Positions 55,855-64,000 of a DNA stretch of 64,000 nt are shown here, piece by piece; positions within the stretch are counted from its first letter, which is position 1, and each line of letters begins with the position of its first letter. This DNA is from an uncultured Candidatus Saccharibacteria bacterium (GTDB taxonomy: Bacteria; Patescibacteriota; Minisyncoccia; Phycocordibacterales; Zambryskibacteraceae): the NCBI GenBank assembly GCA_964618905.1, contig CAZUDK010000002.1, positions 482 through 64,481 on the forward strand. The letters run 5' to 3'. Under the pieces are notes generated by a model that was not told where the DNA came from, did no database searches, and worked only from the letters and a program-made list of their open reading frames with translations. Made by a program: the position numbers and the translations under genes.

Positions 55855-55950
55855 CCGCGTCGGCGGCGAGCAGAGCAGAATTTTCAGCAGAAAATTACGC
55901 GTGCAAAGAAAGTCTAATATTGCTCCCTAGATAGCTAGGTAGTGTCTTTG
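55855..55950. repeat. Repeat copy B (gcgtcggcg...aattttcagcagaaaattacgcgtg...gctccct), homologous to 23944-24172
   Basis: About 55-100 nt of shared sequence, including an identical 18-nt hairpin aattttc-agca-gaaaatt. Confidence 0.55.
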
Positions 55951-56069
55951 AAAGGGTTGCAAATCTTGTCCATTAAGATGATAATGGACTTACTTGCAAT
56001 AAGAGACAAAATGTGCTCAAATAAAGGACAAGTAAAGAGACAATAAAGGACTCTTAAAAGACAATAAAA

Positions 56070-56867
56070 ATGTCCAATATAAGCCACAGATCCCAAAGAC
56101 TCGCTTCTGCCGTGTATTTGCTGACGAACTTTTTTGGTGACCAAGAGCCTTTAAAGTGGAAGCTTCGTTCTCTCGCTTCAGAACTTGTCTCTTATTCAAA
56201 TTCTATTAAAGACAATTATTCCGCAATCACCGATTGCAAGCTGAAAGCAGCTTCTGTCACTGAAGAGATAAAAAGTTTTCTAAATGTCTCTAAGACGGCA
56301 GGTCTTGTATCTGAAACAAATCATTCACTGATAATTCCTGAGCTGAATAAATACATTGAATTAGTTGCTGTACCTGAGGGTATTTCGGATGTTCTCAATA
56401 TTGGAGAGGAAACTCATCCAGAAGAAAAGTCTAATCTTAACCTGACTGAAAAAGAAAGCTTAAAAATAAAGGACAGAATTTCTCAATCTGCAGATCATGT
56501 AGAGGAAAAAAGGCAGTATCTGCCTGAAGTTTCTGAACACACTCAGAGTGAAAGGGTATCTTTAGAAGGTAATTACAAACCTGGATCAAGTCGCTTTATA
56601 AGCAAAAACAACGAAAAGGCTAGCTTGGATTCAAACAAAAACGCTCAACTCAAAGACTTCGGCGCAGTGTCCGTTAAAAGAAATAGCCGTCAGAGCGCTA
56701 TAGTAAGCCTTCTTAAGCGCAAGAAAGAAATAATGATAAAGGACGTCTCCCCTCTTATAAGTAATTGCAGCGAGAAGACTATCCAGCGCGAACTTCTGGC
56801 TATGGTTAAGGCCGGCATTCTTGTTAAACATGGAGAAAAGCGCTGGAGTAGGTACTCTTTGGCTTAA
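56070..56867 (+). CDS. Hypothetical protein with C-terminal winged-helix DNA-binding domain (putative regulator)
   Basis: C-terminus SRQSAIVSLLKRKKEIMIKDVSPLISNCSEKTIQRELLAMVKAGILVKHGEKRWSRYSL is wHTH-like. Confidence 0.45.
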   Translation: MSNISHRSQRLASAVYLLTNFFGDQEPLKWKLRSLASELVSYSNSIKDNYSAITDCKLKAASVTEEIKSFLNVSKTAGLVSETNHSLIIPELNKYIELVAVPEGISDVLNIGEETHPEEKSNLNLTEKESLKIKDRISQSADHVEEKRQYLPEVSEHTQSERVSLEGNYKPGSSRFISKNNEKASLDSNKNAQLKDFGAVSVKRNSRQSAIVSLLKRKKEIMIKDVSPLISNCSEKTIQRELLAMVKAGILVKHGEKRWSRYSLA

Positions 56868-57261
56868 GCGTGCCTATAGAGTATCAACATAGATTCTTCT
56901 TGCTTAAATGGCTTAAATAGATTACTATTGATGAGCAGATAGCCCTGCTAGGCTGCCTCATTTGAGGGTAAGTCATTGCATAATGACCACAGGCTCTAAC
57001 ATGGTTATCCACAAGTAATTTAACGTTTATTTCATACTCATCCTATAATGGATGAGTGCGAATTGATTATTATTGGGCTTACTTGCACACCTATTAAACT
57101 GACGCGCATTAGCGCAGGCCTTAGGCCAACGGTTTGATAGGTGTGCAGGCTTGCCGGCAAAGGCTTATCCGTTGTCGGCAATTAATACCCGCTTTGCAAC
57201 CTCTACGAATTATTAGAAATCATTGAGGAAGCAACAGCGCATTAAAAAAATAGAATTACAA
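56868..57261 (+). promoter_or_regulatory. Long structured 5' leader / candidate cis-regulatory RNA upstream of the surface-protein gene
   Basis: Hairpin actcatcc-TATAAT-ggatgagt; 11-bp long-range helix tgcacacctat/ataggtgtgca enclosing gcgc/gcgc and ggcc/ggcc hairpins; gccggc palindrome. Confidence 0.4.
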
Positions 57262-59172
57262 ATGATTAGAACAAAAATCGCAACGATCGGCCTCAGCATG
57301 GCACTCGTTCTTGGCGTTGCTGTTACACCAGCATCCGCTCAGAGCATTGCAGAGCTTCAGGCTCAGATCAATGCGCTTATGGCACAGCTTGCCGCACTGC
57401 AGGGAGGAACCACAGTTTCAACTGGAGTTACCTTTACTCAGGATTTGACCATCGGCAGCACTGGTGCAGAAGTAACTGCTCTTCAGCAGATGCTTGTTTC
57501 TCAGGGTTACCTTGTTATGCCGCAGGGCGTAGCATTTGGTTACTTCGGTTCTCTTACTCAGGCAGCTGTGGCTAAGTGGCAGGCAGCAAACGGAGTTTCT
57601 CCTGCAGCTGGCTACTGGGGTCCTGTTTCTAGGGCTCGCGCAGCAGCTCTTGGTGTTACCGGCGGTACAACAACTGGCGGTACAGTTACCGGCGGTACAA
57701 CAACTGGCGGTACTATCAGCACTCCTGGTGTAGAGGGTACTCTTTCTGCAGTTCTCTCATCTGAGGGTTCTGGAGCAGAGCTTAGCGAAGGTGAAAACAA
57801 GGAGGTTGTCATGGGCATTGAGCTCGAGGCAGACCAGTCTGACATCCGCGTTGAAAGAATTCAGGTAAACCTTGATACTACTGAGGATGAAGACTTCTAC
57901 AGAGACTTCGCAGACAAGATCTACATTATGAGCGGAGACACCGTTCTCGCTTCTCGCGACATTGATGACGATACCGTAGTAGAGGATTCAAGTGGAAACC
58001 TATCCATTACCCTCTCTGGTATGAACTTCGTTGTTGCTGAGGGTGAAGAAGAGGTTATCACTATTGCTCTTGACGCTCTGTCGAACATCGACTCAGCAGA
58101 TGAGGGTAAGACATTGTCTCTTACAATCCCAGTTAACGGTATCCGAGGTGTTGACGGAGCAGGTATCAACGAATACGCTCCTGACACTGCTATCACTCAG
58201 TCCTTTGACACTGAGGGTGTAACAGCAGGTGATCTTGACCTTTCTGAAGGTGACACTAATCCTGATGTAAACTCAGTTGTCTTCATAGACGAAGATGAGG
58301 AAACAGAAGGAGTTCTGATGCTCGCTTTCGATCTTGAGGCAAATGATCAGGATGTAACTGTTGATGACATTCCAGTTGGATTCACATCTGCTGGTGATGA
58401 AGTTGACGGTGCAGCAAACCGCATCATCCTTAAGAGAGATGGTAAGACCATTGACAGCATTAGCGTTCCTGCTTCTGCAGGCATGTTCTACCTAGCAACC
58501 TTCGATAACCTCGATGAGGATATTGATGAGGGTGATACAGCAGAATTCGAGGTTTATGTTGACCTCAACGATGCTGATCTCACAACATTTGCTTCTGGTA
58601 CAACCATGTACGCTACTACAACAGCTAGCGACTCTGGTTGGGATGTCGAGGATTCAAACGGCGACGATGTAACACCGGATGGTGGTACAGTTACTGGCGG
58701 AACTATGACCTTCCGCACAGGTGGACTCTCAGTTGAGTCTAGAAGCACCAGTGCACAGTCATTCCCTCAGGAGACTGTAGCTAACAGCTACGCTACCTAC
58801 ACTATCTCCTTTGACGTAACAGCATTCGACGACGATGCATACATCTACAACGGTGCAGCATCATCTACTGCAGCAAGCACTGCAAGCCAGGGTGTTGGTT
58901 ATGACATCGAAGGTGGATGGACAGGTGGTACAGAATCCCCTGTACTCAGCTCTACAGCTGATACAAGCGGCAGCTACTTCGTAGTTGAAGAGGGCCAGAC
59001 AGAGACATTCACTCTCACTGTAACCCTTAACGCAACTACAACTGGTACTTACGCAGTTGAACTCACTGACGTTGCTTCTGCAACATCAGCAACTGAAACA
59101 GGCAGCGTAAGCACTGTAGTTGACCAGGACGATCAGGCATTCCAGACTGACTTCGTCTACATCCCTTCCTAA
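57262..59172 (+). CDS. Secreted surface protein: signal peptide, coiled coil, peptidoglycan-binding domain, Gly/Thr linker, acidic Ca-binding-like β-rich C-terminus
   Basis: The track start at 57223 is TTG; ATG at 57262 gives MIRTKIATIGLSMALVLGVAVTPASA. PG_binding_1-like block at about aa 80-140; D-rich DxDxD segments. Confidence 0.6.
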   Translation: MIRTKIATIGLSMALVLGVAVTPASAQSIAELQAQINALMAQLAALQGGTTVSTGVTFTQDLTIGSTGAEVTALQQMLVSQGYLVMPQGVAFGYFGSLTQAAVAKWQAANGVSPAAGYWGPVSRARAAALGVTGGTTTGGTVTGGTTTGGTISTPGVEGTLSAVLSSEGSGAELSEGENKEVVMGIELEADQSDIRVERIQVNLDTTEDEDFYRDFADKIYIMSGDTVLASRDIDDDTVVEDSSGNLSITLSGMNFVVAEGEEEVITIALDALSNIDSADEGKTLSLTIPVNGIRGVDGAGINEYAPDTAITQSFDTEGVTAGDLDLSEGDTNPDVNSVVFIDEDEETEGVLMLAFDLEANDQDVTVDDIPVGFTSAGDEVDGAANRIILKRDGKTIDSISVPASAGMFYLATFDNLDEDIDEGDTAEFEVYVDLNDADLTTFASGTTMYATTTASDSGWDVEDSNGDDVTPDGGTVTGGTMTFRTGGLSVESRSTSAQSFPQETVANSYATYTISFDVTAFDDDAYIYNGAASSTAASTASQGVGYDIEGGWTGGTESPVLSSTADTSGSYFVVEEGQTETFTLTVTLNATTTGTYAVELTDVASATSATETGSVSTVVDQDDQAFQTDFVYIPS

Positions 59173-59211
59173 TCTAGGATAGGATCTCGATCAGAGTAAT
59201 ATCTGATTGAC

Positions 59212-59248
59212 AACAAAAAACCGCCTTCGGGTGGTTTTTTGTTGTCTG
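59212..59248 (+). terminator. Rho-independent terminator (aaaaaaccgcc-ttcg-ggtggtttttt)
   Basis: Classic hairpin plus T7. Confidence 0.85.
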
Positions 59249-59409
59249 AATGATGAGAAGGATGATTTGAGCTTATTCACATGATATGAACACGTTATAC
59301 ACATTATGTCTACTTGACATGAAATGTAGCGGGTCTAAGGTTGAGCTATTACATAGTGCCTGTTTTCAGCGTTCCCTAGCGGAAATCGCCCATTAATCCA
59401 TAAAAATCC

Positions 59410-62400
59410 ATGAAAAAATCAATTATCGGCTCAGCAGTAATTGCCCTGTTCCTGCTCGCAGGCCAAGTTCATGCGGCAAATGATAGTGTGGCTAGTCTAA
59501 AGATAGACACTGCCCCTACTGCTGGAATAGAAGCTTCTGTAACAGCCGGAGAATCTCTATCCCTTACTGTAATATCATTAGATAGCAATGATGTTGCCAC
59601 TACTACAGAGGGCACTCTTTCTGTAAGTCTTAGTGATGATAATAGTGGAGGAATCTTTACTACCGGGCATGCAACTACTGGTGCTTGTGATTCTGATATT
59701 TGGAACAACGATACTGATGGTATCGGAACAGGAACTCAAAGAGGTTTCTGCTACTCCAACACAACTACTGGTACCTACACTATAACTGCAACAGCAGGTG
59801 AACTCAGCACTACATTTGAAGTAACCGTTAATGCAGCTCCGCAAGTAACCATAGTAAGCAGTGAACATGCTCCATACAGCACAATTCAAGAGGCTATATA
59901 TGACGCTGTCGCAGGAGACACTATTTTGGTACATGAAGCTACTTACAATGTATCTTCCGCTATAAATGTTGATAAAGCTGTAACTATAAAATCAGCCGAA
60001 GGAGAATCTCCTGTAATCATCAGCACAGTAGACGGTTATCAAGGAGTCTTTCAGTTGGATGCAGACGGAGCGGTGCTAGATGGATTGGAAATCCACACTG
60101 CCTCAAGTCTTACAAATCCTGTTGCAGTTCTAGTTAGGGCAGATAATGTTATCGTCCGCAATCTGGTTATTGTTCAAGAGGCAGACAGCTTTAATGCAGC
60201 TCTACAGGTAGTAGATGCAAGGTCTGGTGTGCAAATACTCAATAACAATGTCACAGGCGGTGCAATAGGTTTAGGCAAGGCAACCAACTCTACTGTTACC
60301 GGCAACTCTGTTAGTGATGTTAAGACAGAAGGTATCTTCAGTGCTTTTGGTTCAGGACAGGTTCTTACTCTCTCAGATAATGATATAAGCAACTATGGTT
60401 CAGGTATGACCGCTATAAAGTTTGTCGATGAGCCTGCTTCGATAAATGCTATTACTGACAGTCAAGCAGCCAAGGCTACTGAACTTATCGAATCAAACAA
60501 TGTTAGTGATGTAGAAATTGCAGGTAATGATTATGGCAGCATACAAATAGCTGATGGTCTTTACTACTCAACACTTCAGGATGCAGTAAATGCAACTAAT
60601 CCTATAGGGGGTGATGTTATAGAGTTGAACAAGGATGTTACCATCTCAGAAGAGGTGATTATTAATAAGCCTCTAACAATAAATGGAAATGATCACACAT
60701 TGTTTGCTCAAATCGATAATTCTGCAAATGACAATTCTAACAATGCGGGACTTGGAATTGTAGGGGTTACGGGTGGTGATGTAACAATCAATGACCTTAC
60801 AATTGATGGCACAGGAAGTACGGAAATACACGACATTAATATATTTGATGCCGGTGTTGTAACTCTTAATGGAGTAACTGTAAAGAACGCTACTAAGGCG
60901 GGTATAACTATAAACGGTTCTGATGTGACTGTGAATAATATCACAACTAAAGATAATGCATGGGGCGGCATCAATATTGACCTTGCTGCGGATGTGGTTA
61001 ATCCAGCAACAGCTCTTACTGTGACTGGTACAAGCATTCATGATGAAACTGGTCCTGATATATGGCGTGATGACAATACGAAAGCTGTTACATTTAGTGA
61101 CACAGAGAATCAGTATTCAAGCAGTTCTTATACCCATGACACAGATATAGAAGGTACAGTCTGGGGCATAAAATCAGTAACAGTTAATAATGAGAATGAA
61201 TTGACTGACGCACTATCAGATCCACTTATTGAAACAATCATGTTTGGGTCAGACATTACAATGAGCACTCAGCTTAATATCACACGTTCAGTAACAATTA
61301 ACGGTGCAGGACACACTCTCAGCACTACTGCAGATAACGGATCAGTAATTGAGATCAAGGCGAATGATGTTGTGATTAAAAACCTCATAGAAGATGCAGA
61401 TGGTACTACTGGAAATCGTGGAATCAACATATATAAGGTGACAGGAATATTGTTGGACAACGTAACTGCTGAGAATAATGCTAAGAACGGAATAGTAGTT
61501 AATGGCTCAACTGTAACTGTAAACAACATATCAACTGCTAATAACGGTTGGGAGGGAATAGATGTTGATATGGGAGGACTCGTAACCACACTCGCTAGTC
61601 TTACAGTGAATGGTACAAGCGTGCACAACGAAGCCAAAGCTGCTATCCGCATTGATGATGCTTCAAAGGTACCAACTCCTGTTGTATTAGATACTAATAA
61701 CCAGTACACAGCTTCAACTACCGCAACACTTACTGATTACTTCTTGAATACAAAGAACATTAAAACATCTTCTGATACAACGGAAACGAGCACGGTAGGT
61801 GATATTAAAGTAACTGTAGAGATTCCTGCTGGCATGATAATAAAAGGTAATACATCATGGGATGGAACAATTGAACCCCCAACTGCAACAACAGCAACAG
61901 TGACCTTAGCAGGATTCGACACTGAAGTTACATCTGCGATTGCAATAGGCTCAAGTGATTCAGATTTGACCTTTGATAAGGCGGTCAGATTAACCTTTGA
62001 AGGTCAGGCAGGCAAAAGGGCGGGTTGGTACAATCACGCTGGTAATTTTGAGGAGATAATTGATACTTGCTCATCTGACTCTCAGACTGTAGGTGATGCA
62101 TTAACAGATGGCGGTAACTGCAAGATTGACGTAGGTTCTGACTTGGTGGTTTGGACAAGACACTTCACAACCTTTGTTACTTACACACAGACTTCTGCTC
62201 AGGCGCCAGCATCTTCCGGTGGAGGAGGCGGCGGAACAGTATTCTGCTCAGACACCAGAACAAGTTTCTGCCAGTCTGCTGAAGAAGTAGAAGGAGAGGT
62301 CTTGGGTGCCTTCACTGAAGCTGAAAGGCAAGCCCAGATTGCAGATATTCGCAATCAGCTTATCTCTCTGATCGGTCAGCTCATAAATATGCTGCAAGCT

Positions 62401-62433
62401 GAACTTGAAGCAGCTCAGGCCCAGCAGAGTTAA
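59410..62433 (+). CDS. Large secreted right-handed β-helix (pectate-lyase-fold-like) repeat protein, 1007 aa
   Basis: Signal peptide MKKSIIGSAVIALFLLAGQVHA; repeated NxxGxxV β-helix rungs; internal ~200-aa duplication; C-terminal GGGGGG + CxxxxxxxC + coiled coil. Confidence 0.6.
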   Translation: MKKSIIGSAVIALFLLAGQVHAANDSVASLKIDTAPTAGIEASVTAGESLSLTVISLDSNDVATTTEGTLSVSLSDDNSGGIFTTGHATTGACDSDIWNNDTDGIGTGTQRGFCYSNTTTGTYTITATAGELSTTFEVTVNAAPQVTIVSSEHAPYSTIQEAIYDAVAGDTILVHEATYNVSSAINVDKAVTIKSAEGESPVIISTVDGYQGVFQLDADGAVLDGLEIHTASSLTNPVAVLVRADNVIVRNLVIVQEADSFNAALQVVDARSGVQILNNNVTGGAIGLGKATNSTVTGNSVSDVKTEGIFSAFGSGQVLTLSDNDISNYGSGMTAIKFVDEPASINAITDSQAAKATELIESNNVSDVEIAGNDYGSIQIADGLYYSTLQDAVNATNPIGGDVIELNKDVTISEEVIINKPLTINGNDHTLFAQIDNSANDNSNNAGLGIVGVTGGDVTINDLTIDGTGSTEIHDINIFDAGVVTLNGVTVKNATKAGITINGSDVTVNNITTKDNAWGGINIDLAADVVNPATALTVTGTSIHDETGPDIWRDDNTKAVTFSDTENQYSSSSYTHDTDIEGTVWGIKSVTVNNENELTDALSDPLIETIMFGSDITMSTQLNITRSVTINGAGHTLSTTADNGSVIEIKANDVVIKNLIEDADGTTGNRGINIYKVTGILLDNVTAENNAKNGIVVNGSTVTVNNISTANNGWEGIDVDMGGLVTTLASLTVNGTSVHNEAKAAIRIDDASKVPTPVVLDTNNQYTASTTATLTDYFLNTKNIKTSSDTTETSTVGDIKVTVEIPAGMIIKGNTSWDGTIEPPTATTATVTLAGFDTEVTSAIAIGSSDSDLTFDKAVRLTFEGQAGKRAGWYNHAGNFEEIIDTCSSDSQTVGDALTDGGNCKIDVGSDLVVWTRHFTTFVTYTQTSAQAPASSGGGGGGTVFCSDTRTSFCQSAEEVEGEVLGAFTEAERQAQIADIRNQLISLIGQLINMLQAELEAAQAQQS

Positions 62434-62465
62434 TTCAGAAATCTTCTTAGAAACTTAGAAAAGTC

Positions 62466-62504
62466 AAAACCGTCCCCTGCAGATATCTGTGGGGGACGGT
62501 TTTC
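62466..62504 (+). terminator. Rho-independent terminator (aaaaccgtcccc-...-gggggacggtttt)
   Basis: Stem of about 11 bp plus T-run. Confidence 0.8.
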
Positions 62505-62527
62505 GGTGTATGGGGTAGAATATTATC

Positions 62528-63496
62528 ATGAGACGTAAAATTTCTAATCTCTTTATTCCGAGCAAGCGCAATAAAGGTATCCCTTCTCTCCTGTCTTCTA
62601 AATCTTTCTGGGCAGCGCTTTCTTTGATTGCGTTTATAGAAGTATATGTGCTGGTTGCTCCGGTATTTTTGCCAATATTTGGCATAAATACAGCTTCTGT
62701 TCTGCCTAAGGTCATAGCTACTTTGACCAATGAAGCTCGTGTGGAAAATGGTCTTAGCAAGCTGAATATAAATGAAACTCTCACATATGCCGCTCAAGCG
62801 AAAGCTGATGACATGGCCGAAAAAGGTTACTTCGCTCATCAGTCTCCGGACGGCTCGCAGCCTTGGGACTGGATATCCAGAGAAGGATACAAGTACAGCT
62901 ATGCCGGAGAAAACTTGGCTGTGAACTTCTCTGACTCTGAAAAGGTGGTAGAGGCGTGGATAGATTCACCCACACACAAACTCAATTTAATGGGACCAAG
63001 ATATACGGAAGTCGGTATTGCTGTTTCGAGAGGAATGTACAAAGGCAGGGAGGCGGATTTCGTGGTGCAGATGTTTGCTACCCCTGCTCAAATTTCCGAG
63101 CCTTCGATTTCTTCTGGAATTGAAGATAGAGAAGAAAAGAATCATTCAGAGATTGCTAATTTAGATAACAATTCAAACTCAGGTTCAAACCAAAAGGTGC
63201 TTGCCGCTCAAACTCAAACATCAGCATTGCCGGCAAGCGCAGAATCAAGAATAGTATCCGCGCCTCGAACTTACTCCAAGTATGCATATCTCATGGTAGC
63301 TATCTTTTTCTTGGTGATACTTGCCAGCGGAGCACTTCTTTCAAAGTATAGGCACAGCAAGGCGGCTACCATAAGAGCTTTGCTGATAATACTTACAATA
63401 CTGGGAATACTATTTTTCAACAGTCGGATAGCTTTCAGCCCTATCGAATTACCCGTGGACAATCAGAATGCGGCAGTAGTGCTTTCTGCCATATAA
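62528..63496 (+). CDS. Membrane-anchored CAP/SCP/PR-1 (YkwD-like) domain protein
   Basis: N-terminal TM, CAP domain (GYFAHQSPDG...GENLA...W..SP.H..N), C-terminal TM. Confidence 0.7.
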   Translation: MRRKISNLFIPSKRNKGIPSLLSSKSFWAALSLIAFIEVYVLVAPVFLPIFGINTASVLPKVIATLTNEARVENGLSKLNINETLTYAAQAKADDMAEKGYFAHQSPDGSQPWDWISREGYKYSYAGENLAVNFSDSEKVVEAWIDSPTHKLNLMGPRYTEVGIAVSRGMYKGREADFVVQMFATPAQISEPSISSGIEDREEKNHSEIANLDNNSNSGSNQKVLAAQTQTSALPASAESRIVSAPRTYSKYAYLMVAIFFLVILASGALLSKYRHSKAATIRALLIILTILGILFFNSRIAFSPIELPVDNQNAAVVLSAI

Positions 63497-63585
63497 TCTA
63501 AACATGCGTTACTTCGACAAAGACTTTTTTAAATTCTTTTTTGCCTTTTTATTGCTGCTGTCGCTGGGTATAAGGATAGTTGTTT

Positions 63586-64000
63586 ATGCTCGTTCGTATC
63601 TGTAGAAAAAGTCTCTTACTTGCTCTCTTCTCTCTTGCTCTGGCAAGGCCTGCATACTCGGCACTTATAAATATAAATACTGCCCCACCAGCTGAACTTG
63701 AAACTCTCGAAGGCATCGGCCCTTCATACGCAGATAGGATAGTAGATTATCGAGAGACTGTGGGACCGTTTGATTCCAAGATTGAAATCATGAATGTCAG
63801 CGGAATCGGCGAAGCCACCTATTTAAAAATCAAAGACTTCATAACCGTTGGTTCCTCTGACTCTTCGGCTGCTGCGAAAGAAATAGAAGATTCAGAAATT
63901 TCAAAAGCAGAGCATTCAGATTCGCAAGAAGAAGATCCGGATTTTTATTCTTTTAATGATTTAAGCATAGGACGGGATAGGATAGGTTCGACCGGCAGCC
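63586..64000 (+). CDS. comEA: ComEA-like competence protein (helix-hairpin-helix DNA-binding), 3'-truncated by the window end
   Basis: Signal peptide, then ININTAPPAELETLEGIGPSYADRIVDYRETVGPFDSKIEIMNVSGIGEATYLKIKDFI; no stop before position 64000. Confidence 0.7.
   Translation, partial: MLVRICRKSLLLALFSLALARPAYSALININTAPPAELETLEGIGPSYADRIVDYRETVGPFDSKIEIMNVSGIGEATYLKIKDFITVGSSDSSAAAKEIEDSEISKAEHSDSQEEDPDFYSFNDLSIGRDRIGSTGS

Noticed and set aside
57223-57261. Upstream extension of the surface-protein ORF from 57223
   Set aside because: The codon at 57223 is TTG, and the 13 preceding residues sit inside the structured leader. The ATG at 57262 gives a canonical signal peptide.
56868-57261. c-di-GMP-I (GEMM) riboswitch assignment for the surface-protein leader
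   Set aside because: GGCAAAGGC resembles the GEMM CGCAAAGCC block, but the upstream GGCAAACC-type element and overall architecture were not evident, so no riboswitch class is claimed.
59469-62433. Multiple long antisense ORFs inside the β-helix gene (59469..59708, 59578..59934, 60174..60392, 60673..61041, 60708..61037, 61269..61709, 61737..61922)
   Set aside because: Produced by repetitive Thr/Val/Asn-rich codon patterns on the coding strand; no independent support
62447-62839. Track ORFs 62447..62839(-) and 62464..62784(-)
   Set aside because: Antisense to the terminator and the 5' end of the CAP-domain gene; no coding features
1-64000. CRISPR arrays, rRNA genes, transposases or integrases
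   Set aside because: No regularly spaced direct repeats, no rRNA-like conserved blocks, and no recombinase-like ORFs were seen anywhere in the window.

Overview
This 64-kb window looks like the chromosomal replication-origin region of a small-genome bacterium, with rpmH-rnpA-yidC on the minus strand diverging from dnaA-dnaN on the plus strand. AT-rich clusters of DnaA-box-like 9-mers flank dnaA. Compact genes, short or split versions of core proteins, 4-nt gene overlaps and weak Shine-Dalgarno sites suggest a CPR/Patescibacteria-like lineage; that is inference, not a database result.

The window is mostly housekeeping: replication and repair (dnaA, dnaN, polA, ruvABC, recA, recO-like, holA-like, fpg, mpg, ssb, ftsK, tatD), translation (tyrS, argS, ileS, glyS, metG, rpsT, rpsF, rpsR, rplK, rplS, efp, secE, nusG), a class A penicillin-binding protein, a type IV pilus/T2SS-type ATPase, an ABC exporter and 8 tRNA genes. 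I saw no rRNA, CRISPR array, transposase or integrase.

The findings worth most attention are:
- An isoleucyl-tRNA synthetase carrying an in-frame histidine-phosphatase (PGAM/SixA-like) domain insertion.
- A 4-kb GC-rich, phage-like dTMP-synthesis module (cytidylyltransferase-like, extended dCMP deaminase, HIT, DHFR, divergent ThyA-family enzyme, dUTPase), plus a separate GC-rich guanylate-kinase-like unit.
- A tRNA cluster with short dispersed repeats and duplicated tRNA 3' ends, with a homologous repeat copy upstream of ftsK.
- A GC-rich orphan J-domain protein insulated by terminators.
- A surface locus: a wHTH regulator, a 390-bp structured leader, a peptidoglycan-binding Ca-binding-like protein, a 1007-aa β-helix protein, a CAP-domain protein and ComEA.

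Coordinates of features I called myself (tRNAs, hairpins, repeats) carry roughly ±2 nt uncertainty.
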